A stretch of DNA of 64,000 nt from Bacteroidota bacterium (GCA_016721305.1 JADKIH010000007.1:112595-176594); one strand, 5' to 3'. Shown: positions 29,063 through 40,125, counted from the first letter of the stretch. Notes: generated by a model from the sequence alone, not told the origin. Program-made: numbers and translations.

Positions 29063-29251
29063 TTATGAACCTTGTCCTTCAGTCTTTTTCAGATCCTGAA
29101 TAGCATCACGCATATCCTGACAAGCACGTTTGATGTCCTGTAAGCCTTTGCGTACACGTGTTCCGGCAGCTGCATTGCCTTTTTCAGAAAACTTAATCAC
29201 ATCTTCCTCGATAGCAGCAACGAGTTGTTTGATTGCTTCGTATTCTTTCAT
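29063..29251 (-). CDS. Bacteroidetes histone H1-like small DNA-binding protein
   Basis: 62 aa with an F..KGN.AAGTRVRK.LQ.IK motif. Confidence 0.55.
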   Translation of the reverse strand: MKEYEAIKQLVAAIEEDVIKFSEKGNAAAGTRVRKGLQDIKRACQDMRDAIQDLKKTEGQGS

Positions 29252-29313
29252 TTGTGTCTGGTTTTAATTATTTTTTTAATATGGAGGGGTAAGACTATTA
29301 AAATTTAGGTAAC

Positions 29314-30555
29314 TCAGAACGCAGCAATTTTATCCGACATATATTCTCCGGCTTTCAGTTTCACATACGCTTTGCGGAAGGCTTCGATAGTATATGTAAC
29401 ATCTTCGAGAGTATGTACGGCAGTAGGAATTAATCGGAGAATGATAATACCCTTTGGAACGACAGGATAAACGACCATAGAACAGAAGATATCGTAGTTC
29501 TCACGCATATCGTAAATCAGGTTGGTTGCTTCACCGATGGTACCGTTCATGTAAACAGGAGTAACCGGAGATTGTGTTTTACCAATATCAAATCCGGCTT
29601 CTTTCAGTCCGTTTTGAAGCGCATTCACTACTTTCCAGAGATTGTCTTTCAATTCCGGTTTTGTGCGAAGCAATTCCAAACGTTTAAGAGCGCCTGTAAC
29701 CAGAGCAGAAGGCATCGACTTGGCGAAAATCTGCGAACGCATATTGTAACGCAGGTATTCAACAATGTCTTCACGACTTGAAATGAATCCTCCGATCATC
29801 GCCATACTCTTGGCAAAGGTTCCGAAGTAAATATCGATTTCATCCTGAACGCCTTGTTCTTCACCGGTACCTGCACCGGTTTTACCCATTGTGCCGAAAC
29901 CGTGAGCATCGTCAACAAAGAGACGGAACTGGAATTTCTTTTTTAAGGCAACGATATCTTTCAAACGACCCATATCACCGCTCATACCAAAGACGCCTTC
30001 AGTAATCACTAAGATAGAACCGCCTGTTTCTTCAACAATACGTGTAGCTCTTTCTAATTGCTTTTCGCAGTTTGCGATATCATTATGAGGAAAAACAAAA
30101 CGTTTTCCCATGTGTAAGCGAACACCGTCGATAATACAAGCGTGGCTTTCGCTGTCGTAAACAATAACATCATGACGATCAACCAGGCAATCAATGGCCG
30201 AAACCATTCCCTGATAACCGTAATTGAGCAGAATAGTATCTTCTTTGCTCATGAAGGCTGAAAGTTCATTTTCAAGCTGTTCATGCTGATTCGTATTGCC
30301 CGACATCATTCTTGCACCCATCGGAGAAGCGAAACCATAATTGATAGCGCCTTCTGTATCAGCTTTCCGAACGTCAGGATGATTGGCTAAACCAAGATAA
30401 TTATTCAGACTCCAAACCAATCGTTCTTTTCCACGAAATACCATTCTCGTTCCGATATCACCTTCCAGTTTTGGAAAAGTAAAATAACCATGAGAATCTT
30501 TCGCATGCTGACCAATTGGTCCACGATTCTTTTTTAATTTTTCAAATAAATCCAC
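29314..30555 (-). CDS. PLP-dependent alpha-oxoamine synthase (serine palmitoyltransferase / CapB / KBL-like)
   Basis: 413 aa with class II aminotransferase fold signatures (GFASPMGARMMSGN, FGTFAKSMAMIGGF lysine region). Confidence 0.75.
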   Translation of the reverse strand: MDLFEKLKKNRGPIGQHAKDSHGYFTFPKLEGDIGTRMVFRGKERLVWSLNNYLGLANHPDVRKADTEGAINYGFASPMGARMMSGNTNQHEQLENELSAFMSKEDTILLNYGYQGMVSAIDCLVDRHDVIVYDSESHACIIDGVRLHMGKRFVFPHNDIANCEKQLERATRIVEETGGSILVITEGVFGMSGDMGRLKDIVALKKKFQFRLFVDDAHGFGTMGKTGAGTGEEQGVQDEIDIYFGTFAKSMAMIGGFISSREDIVEYLRYNMRSQIFAKSMPSALVTGALKRLELLRTKPELKDNLWKVVNALQNGLKEAGFDIGKTQSPVTPVYMNGTIGEATNLIYDMRENYDIFCSMVVYPVVPKGIIILRLIPTAVHTLEDVTYTIEAFRKAYVKLKAGEYMSDKIAAF

Positions 30556-31017
30556 TTTTATTATTCTTTAATGATTCACAAAAACACTGATAACTTCGAT
30601 GAAAAGAAGTTTTAGTAAACCTTGTTAAACACGCCAAATTTAAGCACGATGAAGGCAAAAGTAACTCTTTTGGTTTAAAAACCAAGGAAATTTTCAAACA
30701 AGGGGGTGTTGTTAACTTGCCAGTATGGCCCGACACGATGGATTGAATTAAGAATTTAGAGTTCAAAATTTGGAAAAATTGGGATGCAACAGCAGGGGAA
30801 AGCATGTAAACTTCACCCTTATGTTTTGAATATCAATACATTAAGCTGTCTCAAAAAATAGTGTCTAAGCCATGATTTAGTGCTTTGGGTTCTAAATTAG
30901 AAAAGGCCTAAAAGCGGTTGGATTCAGCACATTATCAGCCCGGTTGACCGATAATTCAGCCAAACATCAACGTGTTCTAGCTTTTTTAATGCACTTTTGG
31001 CGCTCGAAAAAATCCAT

Positions 31018-33402
31018 ATGAAAATTAAAAATCTACTATTAGTGGGATTGGTCCTGCTGGGTTTCCAAAGTTTCGGACAAAACATTCAACTGGCTGCCAA
31101 TTTAAGTTATGGTAACAGTGCTTTGGCAAATATTGGCGGTTACGTCGATTCTTTAGGAAACGAATATGCGTTAGTCGGAACCGATTTCGGTTTGTCCATC
31201 GTCGATGTCACAGACCCTGCTAATCCGGTGATCAGATTCACCGTCAATGGTCCATCGTCTGATTGGCGTGAAGTGAAAACGTACAGAAAATATGCTTACG
31301 TTACTACAGAAGGCGGTGGTGGCTTACAAATAATCGATCTCTCTAATTTGCCGGCAACGATTAACTCTCATAATTGGACAGGCGATGCAGCGATTTCCGG
31401 ACAATTGTCATCTATACATGCTTTGCATTGCGATACGGCGAAAGGATTTCTTTACTTGTATGGTAGCAATATCGGTTCAGGTCAGTCATTGTTTATCGAT
31501 TTAGCTGATCCGTGGAATCCACATTATGCAGGTTCGTATACTTTTCCGGGTTCAGGAAATGATCGGTATGTGCATGATGGATTTGTTGTGAACGACACGA
31601 TGTATGAATCTCATATTTACTCAGGCTTCTGTGCAATCGTTGAAGTAAGCGACAAGGCGAATCCGGTACTATTAGCTACGATTTCTACACCAACGAACTT
31701 TACTCATAACACCTGGCTTTCCGACGATCATAAAACGCTCTTTACGACTGACGAAAACAGTGCATCATATCTGGGCATTTTTGATATTCATGATTTGGCA
31801 AATATTACGGAAATCGGTCGTTGGCAAACGGCTCCCGGTTCAGGCTCCATTATTCACAATACGCATATCCTGAATGACTACGCAATTACTTCGTGGTACA
31901 CGCAGGGCGTTGTGATTACCGATGTTGCGCGTCCGCACAATCCGATAGAAGTAGGGCATTACGATACATATCCTGCTTCCGATGGAAACGGATTTTTCGG
32001 TTGCTGGGGTGTGTACCCATTCCTGCCTTCGGGAAATTTAGTTGCATCCGACATCAACAATGGTCTTTTCGTTTTAACTCCGACTTATGTGCGAGCTTGC
32101 TACCTCGAAGGAATAGTAACCGACAGTGTAACCGGCGCATTTTTAAATGGTGCAGTCGTAGAAATTCTAACAACAGGAATTACAAAGTCTTCTGATTTAA
32201 GCGGACAATACGCTACAGGTACGGCAACGGCAGGCACTTACGATATCCGAATTAGCAAATCAGGTTATTATACTCGTACCATGACAGGAGTGAGTCTTGT
32301 TAACGGTGTACTGACGACACTGGATGTAAAACTAGTGCCTTTCCAAACATTCGCTTTTAGTGGACATGTGAACGATTCAATTTCGGCTGCAGGAATTGCG
32401 AATGCTTCCATCGTGTTATCATCAACAAATGGACTTACCTACACAGCAACAACAAATGCTTCCGGAGATATTATTTTCCCTGCCGTAGTTCCCGATACAT
32501 ACACGCTTTATGCAGGTAAGTGGGGCTATCGTACTACTTGCGGAACGGTTACATTAGTTCCGGGCGACTCGGTGAATACACTGCTTGCGCAAGGATATTA
32601 CGATGACTTTACATTCGATTTCGGCTGGACGGTAAGCGGTACTTCAGGAAACGCATGGGAAAGAGGAGAACCGACCGGAACATTCGACGGAAACAGTACA
32701 GAGATCAATCCTGAATACGATGCTTCGGGCGATTGCGGCGACCAATGCTTCGTTACCGATAACGGTGGATCTCCATATAACAATCATGATGTGGATAATG
32801 GAAATACCATCCTGACTTCTCCTGTTTTCGATGCAACGATCTATCAAACGGCAACATTGTCATACTACCGCCGTTACCTCGATATCAATGGTACCGGCCA
32901 ACCAAACGATACAATGAAGGTTTATCTGACCGACGGCGTATCAACCGTACTTGTTGAATCGGTAGGTCCAAATGCAAGTGGAAACGGCACATGGGTTCAC
33001 AAAACCTTTACGTTGGGGTCATTAATGACGGCCGGAACCAATATGCAAATCCGTGTGGAAGTAGCTGACAATACCCCCGGTAATATCGTTGAAGGCTCAT
33101 TCGACCAGTTCGAAATTACAGGTCAGCTCGTTAACGGAATCGGTACAATGGCAAAAAACGACCATATCACGGCCTTCCCTAATCCGTTCAGCAAATCAAT
33201 TGCAATTTCTTATGAATTAGGCAATTATAACTCAACTGCTCATCTGATTATTCGTGACATTACAGGACGTATAGTCGAGGAAACCGATCATTTATCACAG
33301 CAAGGAAGCATTACCTTAGGTGAGGAGTTAAATCCGGGAATTTATCTGACCGAATTATGGAATGGAAACAATCGAACGCTTTGCAAAATAGTTAAGCAAT
33401 AA
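31018..33402 (+). CDS. T9SS C-terminal-target protein with LVIVD repeats and Ig/CarbopepD-like domains
   Basis: Signal peptide MKIKNLLLVGLVLLGFQSFGQ, LVIVD-type repeats (GLSIVDVTDPANPV) and a type-A T9SS CTD (...GIYLTELWNGNNRTLCKIVKQ). Confidence 0.7.
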   Translation: MKIKNLLLVGLVLLGFQSFGQNIQLAANLSYGNSALANIGGYVDSLGNEYALVGTDFGLSIVDVTDPANPVIRFTVNGPSSDWREVKTYRKYAYVTTEGGGGLQIIDLSNLPATINSHNWTGDAAISGQLSSIHALHCDTAKGFLYLYGSNIGSGQSLFIDLADPWNPHYAGSYTFPGSGNDRYVHDGFVVNDTMYESHIYSGFCAIVEVSDKANPVLLATISTPTNFTHNTWLSDDHKTLFTTDENSASYLGIFDIHDLANITEIGRWQTAPGSGSIIHNTHILNDYAITSWYTQGVVITDVARPHNPIEVGHYDTYPASDGNGFFGCWGVYPFLPSGNLVASDINNGLFVLTPTYVRACYLEGIVTDSVTGAFLNGAVVEILTTGITKSSDLSGQYATGTATAGTYDIRISKSGYYTRTMTGVSLVNGVLTTLDVKLVPFQTFAFSGHVNDSISAAGIANASIVLSSTNGLTYTATTNASGDIIFPAVVPDTYTLYAGKWGYRTTCGTVTLVPGDSVNTLLAQGYYDDFTFDFGWTVSGTSGNAWERGEPTGTFDGNSTEINPEYDASGDCGDQCFVTDNGGSPYNNHDVDNGNTILTSPVFDATIYQTATLSYYRRYLDINGTGQPNDTMKVYLTDGVSTVLVESVGPNASGNGTWVHKTFTLGSLMTAGTNMQIRVEVADNTPGNIVEGSFDQFEITGQLVNGIGTMAKNDHITAFPNPFSKSIAISYELGNYNSTAHLIIRDITGRIVEETDHLSQQGSITLGEELNPGIYLTELWNGNNRTLCKIVKQ

Positions 33403-33414
33403 ATTCGTTTTCAA

Positions 33415-33455
33415 TTAAAAAAAGAGCCTTTTCCGGATATGGAAAAGGCTCTTTT
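33415..33455. terminator. rho-independent terminator
   Basis: aaaaaagagccttttcc-ggatat-ggaaaaggctcttttt. Confidence 0.7.
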
Positions 33456-33476
33456 TATTGAAAGAACCAAAGAAAA

Positions 33477-33484
33477 TATTATCT
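33477..33484 (+). promoter_or_regulatory. putative -7 element TATCTTTG upstream of bamD
   Basis: TAnnTTTG match 11 bp before the ATG. Confidence 0.25.
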
Positions 33485-33494
33485 TTGCACGCCT

Positions 33495-34310
33495 ATGAAA
33501 TTTAGACTAGTTGTAGTCGGCCTGTTGGCCGTCCTTTTTCTTGCTTCCTGCAGCCATTATAACAAAATGCTCAAGAGCAGGGATTATGATGCAAAGCTTG
33601 AATATGCTGTAAAGCTTTACAACAAAGGCGATTATTTCAAAGCACTTCCTTTACTGGAAGAGTTGATTACGGTTTACCGCGGTACGAAGAAAGCCGAGCA
33701 GACGTATTACTACTATGCTTACACGAATTACCGCATTGGCGATTACGAAACGGCGGCATATGATTTCGACAATTTCACGAAAACATATTCGTCGAGTGAG
33801 TTTGCGGAAGAATGTGCTTTCATGCATGCATATTGCTACTATGAAAGTTCACCGTTGTATTCATTGGATCAATCTAATACTCAAAAAGCGATCAATGAAT
33901 TGCAATTATATATCGACCGCTATCCGCAGAGCAAGAAAATTGACGAGTGCAACACACTAATCGATAAGCTTCGCGAAAAGTTAGAACGTAAAGACTTTGA
34001 AATTGCCGACCTGTATTTTCACACGGACGCATTCAAAGCAGCAGTAACCTGCTACAAAAATATTTTGCACGATTATCCTGCAACTAAATACCGCGAAGAA
34101 GTGATGTTTAAAATCGTCAAAGCTTCGTATCTTTTAGCTGAAGGAAGTGTAGATGAGAAAAAAGTGGAGCGCTACAATGCAACATTGACAGCGTATGCAG
34201 AGTTTGCCAATGCTTTCCCGACAAGCAAGTGGAAAGATAAAGCCGACGATGTGTATCAGTCAACGCAAAAGCGTCTCGAGAAGTTAACAAATAAATTGGT
34301 TCAGAAATAA
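33495..34310 (+). CDS. bamD: outer membrane protein assembly factor BamD (TPR lipoprotein)
   Basis: Lipobox LASCSHY, TPR content and the conserved bamD-rpoZ-coaBC order of Bacteroidetes. Confidence 0.7.
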   Translation: MKFRLVVVGLLAVLFLASCSHYNKMLKSRDYDAKLEYAVKLYNKGDYFKALPLLEELITVYRGTKKAEQTYYYYAYTNYRIGDYETAAYDFDNFTKTYSSSEFAEECAFMHAYCYYESSPLYSLDQSNTQKAINELQLYIDRYPQSKKIDECNTLIDKLREKLERKDFEIADLYFHTDAFKAAVTCYKNILHDYPATKYREEVMFKIVKASYLLAEGSVDEKKVERYNATLTAYAEFANAFPTSKWKDKADDVYQSTQKRLEKLTNKLVQK

Positions 34311-34323
34311 TAAATCCATCAAC

Positions 34324-34653
34324 ATGAGCTACAAATCAGAAGTAAGCACAACGGTTACACGCAACGTACCTGATTTCGATATGAAAACAGGAAATGTTTA
34401 TGAATCGTTAGTTGTCATTGCAAAACGCGCTAACCAGATTGCCTCTGAAATGAAAGAAGAGCTGAATTCTAAACTTTCAGAATTCAATTCATCGACAGAT
34501 AATCTCGAAGAGGTTTTCGAAAACCGCGAGCAAATCGAAATCTCGAAATATTACGAGCGTCTTCCTAAACCGACATTGATCGCGATTCAGGAATTCACCG
34601 ATCATAAAATTTATTTCCGTAATCCTTCTAAGGAAAACCAAAGCGGACAATAA
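34324..34653 (+). CDS. rpoZ: DNA-directed RNA polymerase subunit omega
   Basis: YESLVVIAKRANQI motif. 109 aa. Confidence 0.6.
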   Translation: MSYKSEVSTTVTRNVPDFDMKTGNVYESLVVIAKRANQIASEMKEELNSKLSEFNSSTDNLEEVFENREQIEISKYYERLPKPTLIAIQEFTDHKIYFRNPSKENQSGQ

Positions 34654-34674
34654 TCGTTCTTTAAAACATGTTAT

Positions 34675-34711
34675 GAAATAAATCCAAGACCCTGGAGTTT
34701 TGGATTTTTTC
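34675..34711. terminator. stem-loop terminator after rpoZ
   Basis: aaatccaa-gaccctggagtt-ttggattt followed by a T-run. Confidence 0.5.
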
Positions 34712-34730
34712 ATTTCTGTACCTGAAGACA

Positions 34731-35933
34731 ATGAGAGGAAAAAGAATAGTGCTTGGCGTCACCGGCAGTATTGCGGCTTACAAATCTGCATTACTTGTTC
34801 GCTTATTGGTGAAAGCCGGCGCCGAGGTAAAAGTCATCATGACTCCTTCGGCATCCGATTTCGTAACGCCCTTAACTCTTTCCGTACTCTCGAAAAACCC
34901 TGTTCTTACTGCGTTCACTGATGCCGAAAGCGGGCAATGGAATAATCATATCGACCTTGGTCTCTGGGCCGATGCGTTGGTAATTGCTCCTGCAACGGCA
35001 AATACGCTTGCTGCAATGGCCGATGGTGTTTGCGATAATTTATTACTGGCTGTTTATTTGTCGGCGCGTTGTCCGGTTTTCATTTCACCGGCAATGGATC
35101 TCGATATGCTTAAGCATCCGGGAACTCAGGCAAACATTGCAAAGCTTCGTACTTACGGTAATCATATTATTGCACCGACCGATGGTGAATTAGCCAGCGG
35201 TTTGTCAGGTGAAGGACGAATGGAAGAGCCTGAGAACATCTTTAGCATTCTCGATAATTTCTTCCATGCGAATCTTCCACTGCGAGGCAAAAGAGCATTG
35301 GTCACCGCAGGCTCAACGTACGAAGCAATAGACCCCGTGCGGTTCTTTGGTAATCGTTCATCCGGTACAATGGGTTTTGCCTTGGCCGAAAGTCTGGCTA
35401 ATCTGGGTGCCGATGTCACTTTAATCAGTGGTCCGACTCACCTGAATGTTGAAAATCGTTCTATCCGTCTTATTCGCATTGAAAGCGCTTCTGAAATGCA
35501 TGCAGAATGCATGAAGTATTTCCCGGAAATGGAATTTACGATCATGGCTGCAGCCGTGGCTGATTACCGCCCGGAAAATCCGGCCGGAGAAAAGATCAAA
35601 AAGAAAAATGATTCTCTTTCCGTTTCGTTAGTGGCAACAGCCGACATTCTGAAAGAAATGGGAGCGAAGAAAAAAGCCGGACAAACACTTATTGGCTTTG
35701 CTCTTGAAACGGAGAATGAAACAGAAAATGCGAAATCGAAACTCGATAAAAAGAATCTCGATTACATAATATTAAACTCCCTACGTGATGAAGGAGCCGG
35801 ATTTAACTCTGACACTAATCGCGTGACAATTTTCGGAAGGAATGGAACTGAAACTGTTCTAAGCCTGAAATCGAAAACGGATATTGCAAAAGAAATTATC
35901 AATTTACTCATCTCGTCTAATCCATCTCAATAA
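34731..35933 (+). CDS. coaBC: bifunctional phosphopantothenoylcysteine decarboxylase / phosphopantothenate-cysteine ligase
   Basis: 400 aa with a flavoprotein N-terminus (ILGVTGSIAAYK) and a CoaB C-terminus. Confidence 0.9.
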   Translation: MRGKRIVLGVTGSIAAYKSALLVRLLVKAGAEVKVIMTPSASDFVTPLTLSVLSKNPVLTAFTDAESGQWNNHIDLGLWADALVIAPATANTLAAMADGVCDNLLLAVYLSARCPVFISPAMDLDMLKHPGTQANIAKLRTYGNHIIAPTDGELASGLSGEGRMEEPENIFSILDNFFHANLPLRGKRALVTAGSTYEAIDPVRFFGNRSSGTMGFALAESLANLGADVTLISGPTHLNVENRSIRLIRIESASEMHAECMKYFPEMEFTIMAAAVADYRPENPAGEKIKKKNDSLSVSLVATADILKEMGAKKKAGQTLIGFALETENETENAKSKLDKKNLDYIILNSLRDEGAGFNSDTNRVTIFGRNGTETVLSLKSKTDIAKEIINLLISSNPSQ

Positions 35934-35939
35934 TCAATC

Positions 35940-36866
35940 ATGATGAAAGTTCGGATTTTCATTTTCGCCATCATCAGCCTCTTGGCTATCGGAGCGAATG
36001 CTCAGGAGTTAAATTGTCAAATCTCCATTATGACCCCGCAAATTCAGGCGAGCGATAAGTCTATTTATGATAAGCTTCAGACTGACCTGCGCGATTTCAT
36101 GAACAATAGAAAATGGACGAGCGATGAATTTCTCAATCAGGAGAGAATTGAATGTAGTTTTGTGATTACGATTTCCGATCGTCCATCGACAGATGAGTTC
36201 AAGGCTAATATTCAGATTCAATCACGTCGCCCTGTTTACAAAAGCTCCTACAACACGCCAATGTTCAATCACCAGGACAATAATTTTACTTTTAAATACG
36301 TCCAGGATCAGTTGATTGAATTCGACGAATCGAATATCAGTTCAAATCTCACCGCCGTCCTTGCATATTATGCATATATCGTAATCGGCCTCGACTACGA
36401 TTCGTTTTCTCCGGAAGGAGGATCGCCTTATTTTGCAAAAGCTCAGACGATCGTAAATAATGCGCAGAGCTTACCGGATATTGGATGGAGAGCATTTGAA
36501 TCGACACGTAACCGATACTGGTTGGTCGAAAACTTAATGAATGTTTCTTTCAAGCCCTTGCGTAATTTCATTTACACCTACCACCGTCAGGGCTTTGATA
36601 AATTTTCCGACAATATTACTGACTCAAGAATGGCTGTTACTGAATCAATGAAAGATTTGCGCAAAGTATACCAGGATAAGCCAAATTCATTTCTGATGCA
36701 GGCTTTCTTTACTGCAAAAGTTGATGAGATTATCAATTTGTATTCACAAGCTACATCAAATGAGAAAAATGATGTAATTCAAATATTAAGTCTGGTAGAT
36801 CCGGCGAACACGCTGAAATACCAGGGAATCATGACAACAACTCCTGCCGCCGGCGGCGGGAAGTAA
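35940..36866 (+). CDS. DUF4835 family protein
   Basis: 308-aa secreted protein in the conserved position after coaBC. Confidence 0.5.
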   Translation: MMKVRIFIFAIISLLAIGANAQELNCQISIMTPQIQASDKSIYDKLQTDLRDFMNNRKWTSDEFLNQERIECSFVITISDRPSTDEFKANIQIQSRRPVYKSSYNTPMFNHQDNNFTFKYVQDQLIEFDESNISSNLTAVLAYYAYIVIGLDYDSFSPEGGSPYFAKAQTIVNNAQSLPDIGWRAFESTRNRYWLVENLMNVSFKPLRNFIYTYHRQGFDKFSDNITDSRMAVTESMKDLRKVYQDKPNSFLMQAFFTAKVDEIINLYSQATSNEKNDVIQILSLVDPANTLKYQGIMTTTPAAGGGK

Positions 36867-36894
36867 TTACTGACCGAATAGTATAATAGAAATT

Positions 36895-37995
36895 ATGGCA
36901 CTGAAGTGTGGAATTGTAGGATTGCCGAACGTAGGCAAATCAACTTTGTTTAACTGTCTTTCGAATGCAAAAGCACAAGCGGCAAACTTTCCGTTTTGTA
37001 CGATTGAACCAAATGTCGGAGTTATCACTCTTCCCGACGAACGACTGAATGAACTGGAGAAATTAGTTAAGCCGGAGCGTGTAGTTCCGACAACGACAGA
37101 AATCGTAGATATCGCCGGCCTGGTGAAAGGTGCCAGTAGAGGTGAAGGACTGGGAAATCAATTCCTCAGTAATATTCGCGAATGCGATGCAATCATTCAC
37201 GTGATCCGTTGCTTCGAAGATCCGAATGTGGTACACGTCGATGGATCGGTAAATCCGGTACGCGATAAAGGAACGATCGATACTGAATTGCAATTAAAAG
37301 ATCTCGAAAGTGTAGATAAGAAAATCGGACGTACAGAGAAGCTGGCGAAAATCGGCCAGGATAAAGAAGCAAAGAAATGCCTCGAAATTCTTCAGGTCTA
37401 CAAAAACCACCTAGAGCAGGGAAAATCTGCCCGTAGTGCGCCCGTGGCTCCGGAAGATGTTCGTTTCATCGACGATATATTTTTGCTTACAGCAAAACCA
37501 ATTCTGTACGTCTGCAACGTAGATGAAGGATCAGTAATTACAGGCAACAAATACGTTGATCAACTCAAAGAAGAAATCAAAGGCGAGAATGCCGAAGTGT
37601 TGGTTATTGCCGCAGCAATCGAAGCAGAAATAACTCAGTTAGATAGCTTCGAAGATCGTGCAGCATTCCTCAGTGATCTCGGACTCGAAGAATCAGGTGT
37701 TGCTAAATTAATTAAAGCAGCTTATCGCTTATTGAATCTCTATACATATTTCACTGCCGGAGTTAAAGAAGTTCGTGCCTGGACGATAACAAAAGGCATG
37801 TTTGCACCACAGGCAGCAGCTGTTATCCATACCGATTTTGAAAAAGGCTTTATCAAGGCAGAAGTTATTAAGTACCTCGACTTCCTCCAGTTCGGCTCTG
37901 AGTCAGCTTGTCGTGATGCAGGAAAATTGAGCATCGAAGGCAAGGAATATCTTGTTGGAGATGGCGATGTAATGCACTTCCGATTTAATGTCTAA
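36895..37995 (+). CDS. ychF: redox-regulated ribosome-binding ATPase YchF
   Basis: GIVGLPNVGKSTLFN G1 motif, and TGS domain. Confidence 0.9.
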   Translation: MALKCGIVGLPNVGKSTLFNCLSNAKAQAANFPFCTIEPNVGVITLPDERLNELEKLVKPERVVPTTTEIVDIAGLVKGASRGEGLGNQFLSNIRECDAIIHVIRCFEDPNVVHVDGSVNPVRDKGTIDTELQLKDLESVDKKIGRTEKLAKIGQDKEAKKCLEILQVYKNHLEQGKSARSAPVAPEDVRFIDDIFLLTAKPILYVCNVDEGSVITGNKYVDQLKEEIKGENAEVLVIAAAIEAEITQLDSFEDRAAFLSDLGLEESGVAKLIKAAYRLLNLYTYFTAGVKEVRAWTITKGMFAPQAAAVIHTDFEKGFIKAEVIKYLDFLQFGSESACRDAGKLSIEGKEYLVGDGDVMHFRFNV

Positions 37996-38008
37996 ATAAT
38001 TTTACTCA

Positions 38009-38626
38009 ATGGTTTTTATTCTGATCGCTGTTACGGTAATTGTCAGTTTTATGGCCTTCTCCAATCAGGAGTTGATGCGTAAACTGATTTTCAATCCGTA
38101 CATGATTCAGACTCACAAGCAGTGGTATCGGTTTATCACGAGCGGATTTATTCATGCCGACCCGCTTCACCTTTTCGTGAATATGTTTGTGATGTATTCG
38201 TTCGGAACAGCTGTGGAGCAAAACTTTCAGTTATACTTTGAGGAGAAAGCCTACTACTATTTATTCCTTCTGTATTTCGGAGGAATGATTACGTCCGTGC
38301 TGCCAACGTTTAAAAGAAATCAGATGAATCCCGGCTATAATGCCTTGGGAGCTTCCGGTGCCGTAGCATCTTTGTTGTTCAGCTTCATATTATTCGAGCC
38401 GATGCAAAAGATTTACATTTTCGCCTTAGTTCCAATCCCGGCTATCGTATTCGGAATATTGTATATTGTTTATTGTCAGTATATGGACAGAAAGGGTGGC
38501 GATAACGTAAATCACAGTGCGCACTTATGGGGCTCGGTTTTCGGGTTTATCTTTACCATTCTTTTAGAGCCATCCATTTTTTCGATCTTCCTCCAAAAAC
38601 TGATTTATTTCCGCAATGCCATCTAA
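38009..38626 (+). CDS. rhomboid family intramembrane serine protease
   Basis: GASGAV catalytic Ser motif and a downstream HLWG His. Confidence 0.7.
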   Translation: MVFILIAVTVIVSFMAFSNQELMRKLIFNPYMIQTHKQWYRFITSGFIHADPLHLFVNMFVMYSFGTAVEQNFQLYFEEKAYYYLFLLYFGGMITSVLPTFKRNQMNPGYNALGASGAVASLLFSFILFEPMQKIYIFALVPIPAIVFGILYIVYCQYMDRKGGDNVNHSAHLWGSVFGFIFTILLEPSIFSIFLQKLIYFRNAI

Positions 38627-39122
38627 AACAAACAAAGCTATTTTTCTTGACCGCGATGGTGTAATCATTCGTGAGCATGGCGATTACACATGGCTTTTGG
38701 AAGATGTAAAAATGAATGACGGTATTGGCGAACAATTGGCGAAACTTCAACAAAAGGGATATAAGCTAATCGTTATTTCCAATCAGGGTGGAATAGGCAA
38801 AGGACTTTACACAACAAAGGAAGCCGATTACATCCATTTTCACATTTCACGAATTTTATCACTGAGCGGAGTGGTGATCGACGAGTATTACTATTGTCCG
38901 CATCACCCGAATTCCGGAAAATGCATTTGCCGCAAACCCGACTCACAATTGCTCGAAAAAGCACTCGGACGCTTCGAGCTGAACGCAGCTGAATGTTACT
39001 TCATAGGCGACACCGATCGTGATATGGAAGCAGGAATCAAAGCAGGAGTGAAGCCGCTCAGAGTTGAACCGAATGAGAATTTGGCGAGAGTAGTTGATGG
39101 TATTCTTTCCGGTGGTCTTTGA
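38616..39122 (+). CDS. gmhB: D-glycero-beta-D-manno-heptose 1,7-bisphosphate 7-phosphatase (HAD-IIIA)
   Basis: FLDRDGVI motif and a CPHHP...CICRKP zinc motif. Confidence 0.75.
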   Translation: MPSKTNKAIFLDRDGVIIREHGDYTWLLEDVKMNDGIGEQLAKLQQKGYKLIVISNQGGIGKGLYTTKEADYIHFHISRILSLSGVVIDEYYYCPHHPNSGKCICRKPDSQLLEKALGRFELNAAECYFIGDTDRDMEAGIKAGVKPLRVEPNENLARVVDGILSGGL

Positions 39123-39231
39123 ATGGTGAACGGTTAGAAAGCGATCTCTCCGAAGACTTACTAAGATTTCCAAGTTAATAATTCATGAAACTTCCTGAAT
39201 CAAACGCGCGGAAACTCTCTACATTTGTCGC

Positions 39232-40089
39232 GTGCCAAATAGCTTCATCAACTTTAACGGAAATATTATAGACGCCAATCAACCTATTTTTACAGGTGCA
39301 AATCGTGCGTTCCGCTATGGAGATGCAGTTTTTGAGACCATTCGATTAATGAATGGAGAAATTCTTTTTTTTGAAAGACATTTGGCACGATTGACACGTT
39401 CGATGGAATTGCTTGGCATGAACATGAACGACGATCTCACCTTCCACAATTTGTATTTGAGCATTCGTCATCTAGATCAGATCAATCATCTCAAAGGCAA
39501 CGGACGAATTCGTTTGGAAGTTTATCGGAACGATGGCGGATTATACACACCACATTCCAACAACGTTTCCTATCTGATCGAAGCAGCCGCCTTGCATCAC
39601 AAACAATATCAACTGAATGAAACGGGTTTGAAGATTGAGCTCTACACAGAGATCAAGAAACCGGTTAGTCGGTTATCGAATTTAAAATCATCGAATGCAC
39701 TTTATTATGTAATGGCCGGCTTGCACAAAAACAAGGCAAATTCCGGCGATTGTTTAGTGCTGAATACGGATGGCCGTATTGCAGAAGCCATCAGTTCAAA
39801 TATTTTCCTGGTAAAAGATCAAAAGGTATATACGCCATCACTCGATGAGGCTTGCGTTTCCGGCGTTATGAGGGAAACTTTGATTCAGCATTTGAAGATG
39901 CAGGGCAAGGAAGTCATTGAGAAAGGAATTGAAGTAGACGACTTAATTGCTGCCGACGAAATTTTCCTGACCGATGTAATCCATGGACTCCGTTGGGTAA
40001 GTGCTTTCAGAAACAAGCGGTACTTCAACAATTTCTCCAACCGTTTGATAAAAGAAATAAACGAGTTATATCAAATAAAAAAGGTCTGA
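39232..40089 (+). CDS. class IV aminotransferase / aminodeoxychorismate lyase family
   Basis: 285 aa with fold type IV signatures (FRYGDAVFETIR). Confidence 0.65.
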   Translation: MPNSFINFNGNIIDANQPIFTGANRAFRYGDAVFETIRLMNGEILFFERHLARLTRSMELLGMNMNDDLTFHNLYLSIRHLDQINHLKGNGRIRLEVYRNDGGLYTPHSNNVSYLIEAAALHHKQYQLNETGLKIELYTEIKKPVSRLSNLKSSNALYYVMAGLHKNKANSGDCLVLNTDGRIAEAISSNIFLVKDQKVYTPSLDEACVSGVMRETLIQHLKMQGKEVIEKGIEVDDLIAADEIFLTDVIHGLRWVSAFRNKRYFNNFSNRLIKEINELYQIKKV

Positions 40090-40113
40090 TTTCTCAGACC
40101 TTTTTTATTTATA
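40076..40113. terminator. bidirectional rho-independent terminator
   Basis: aaaaaaggtctgatttctcagacctttttt. Confidence 0.7.
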
Positions 40114-40125
40114 GCAATCGATTGC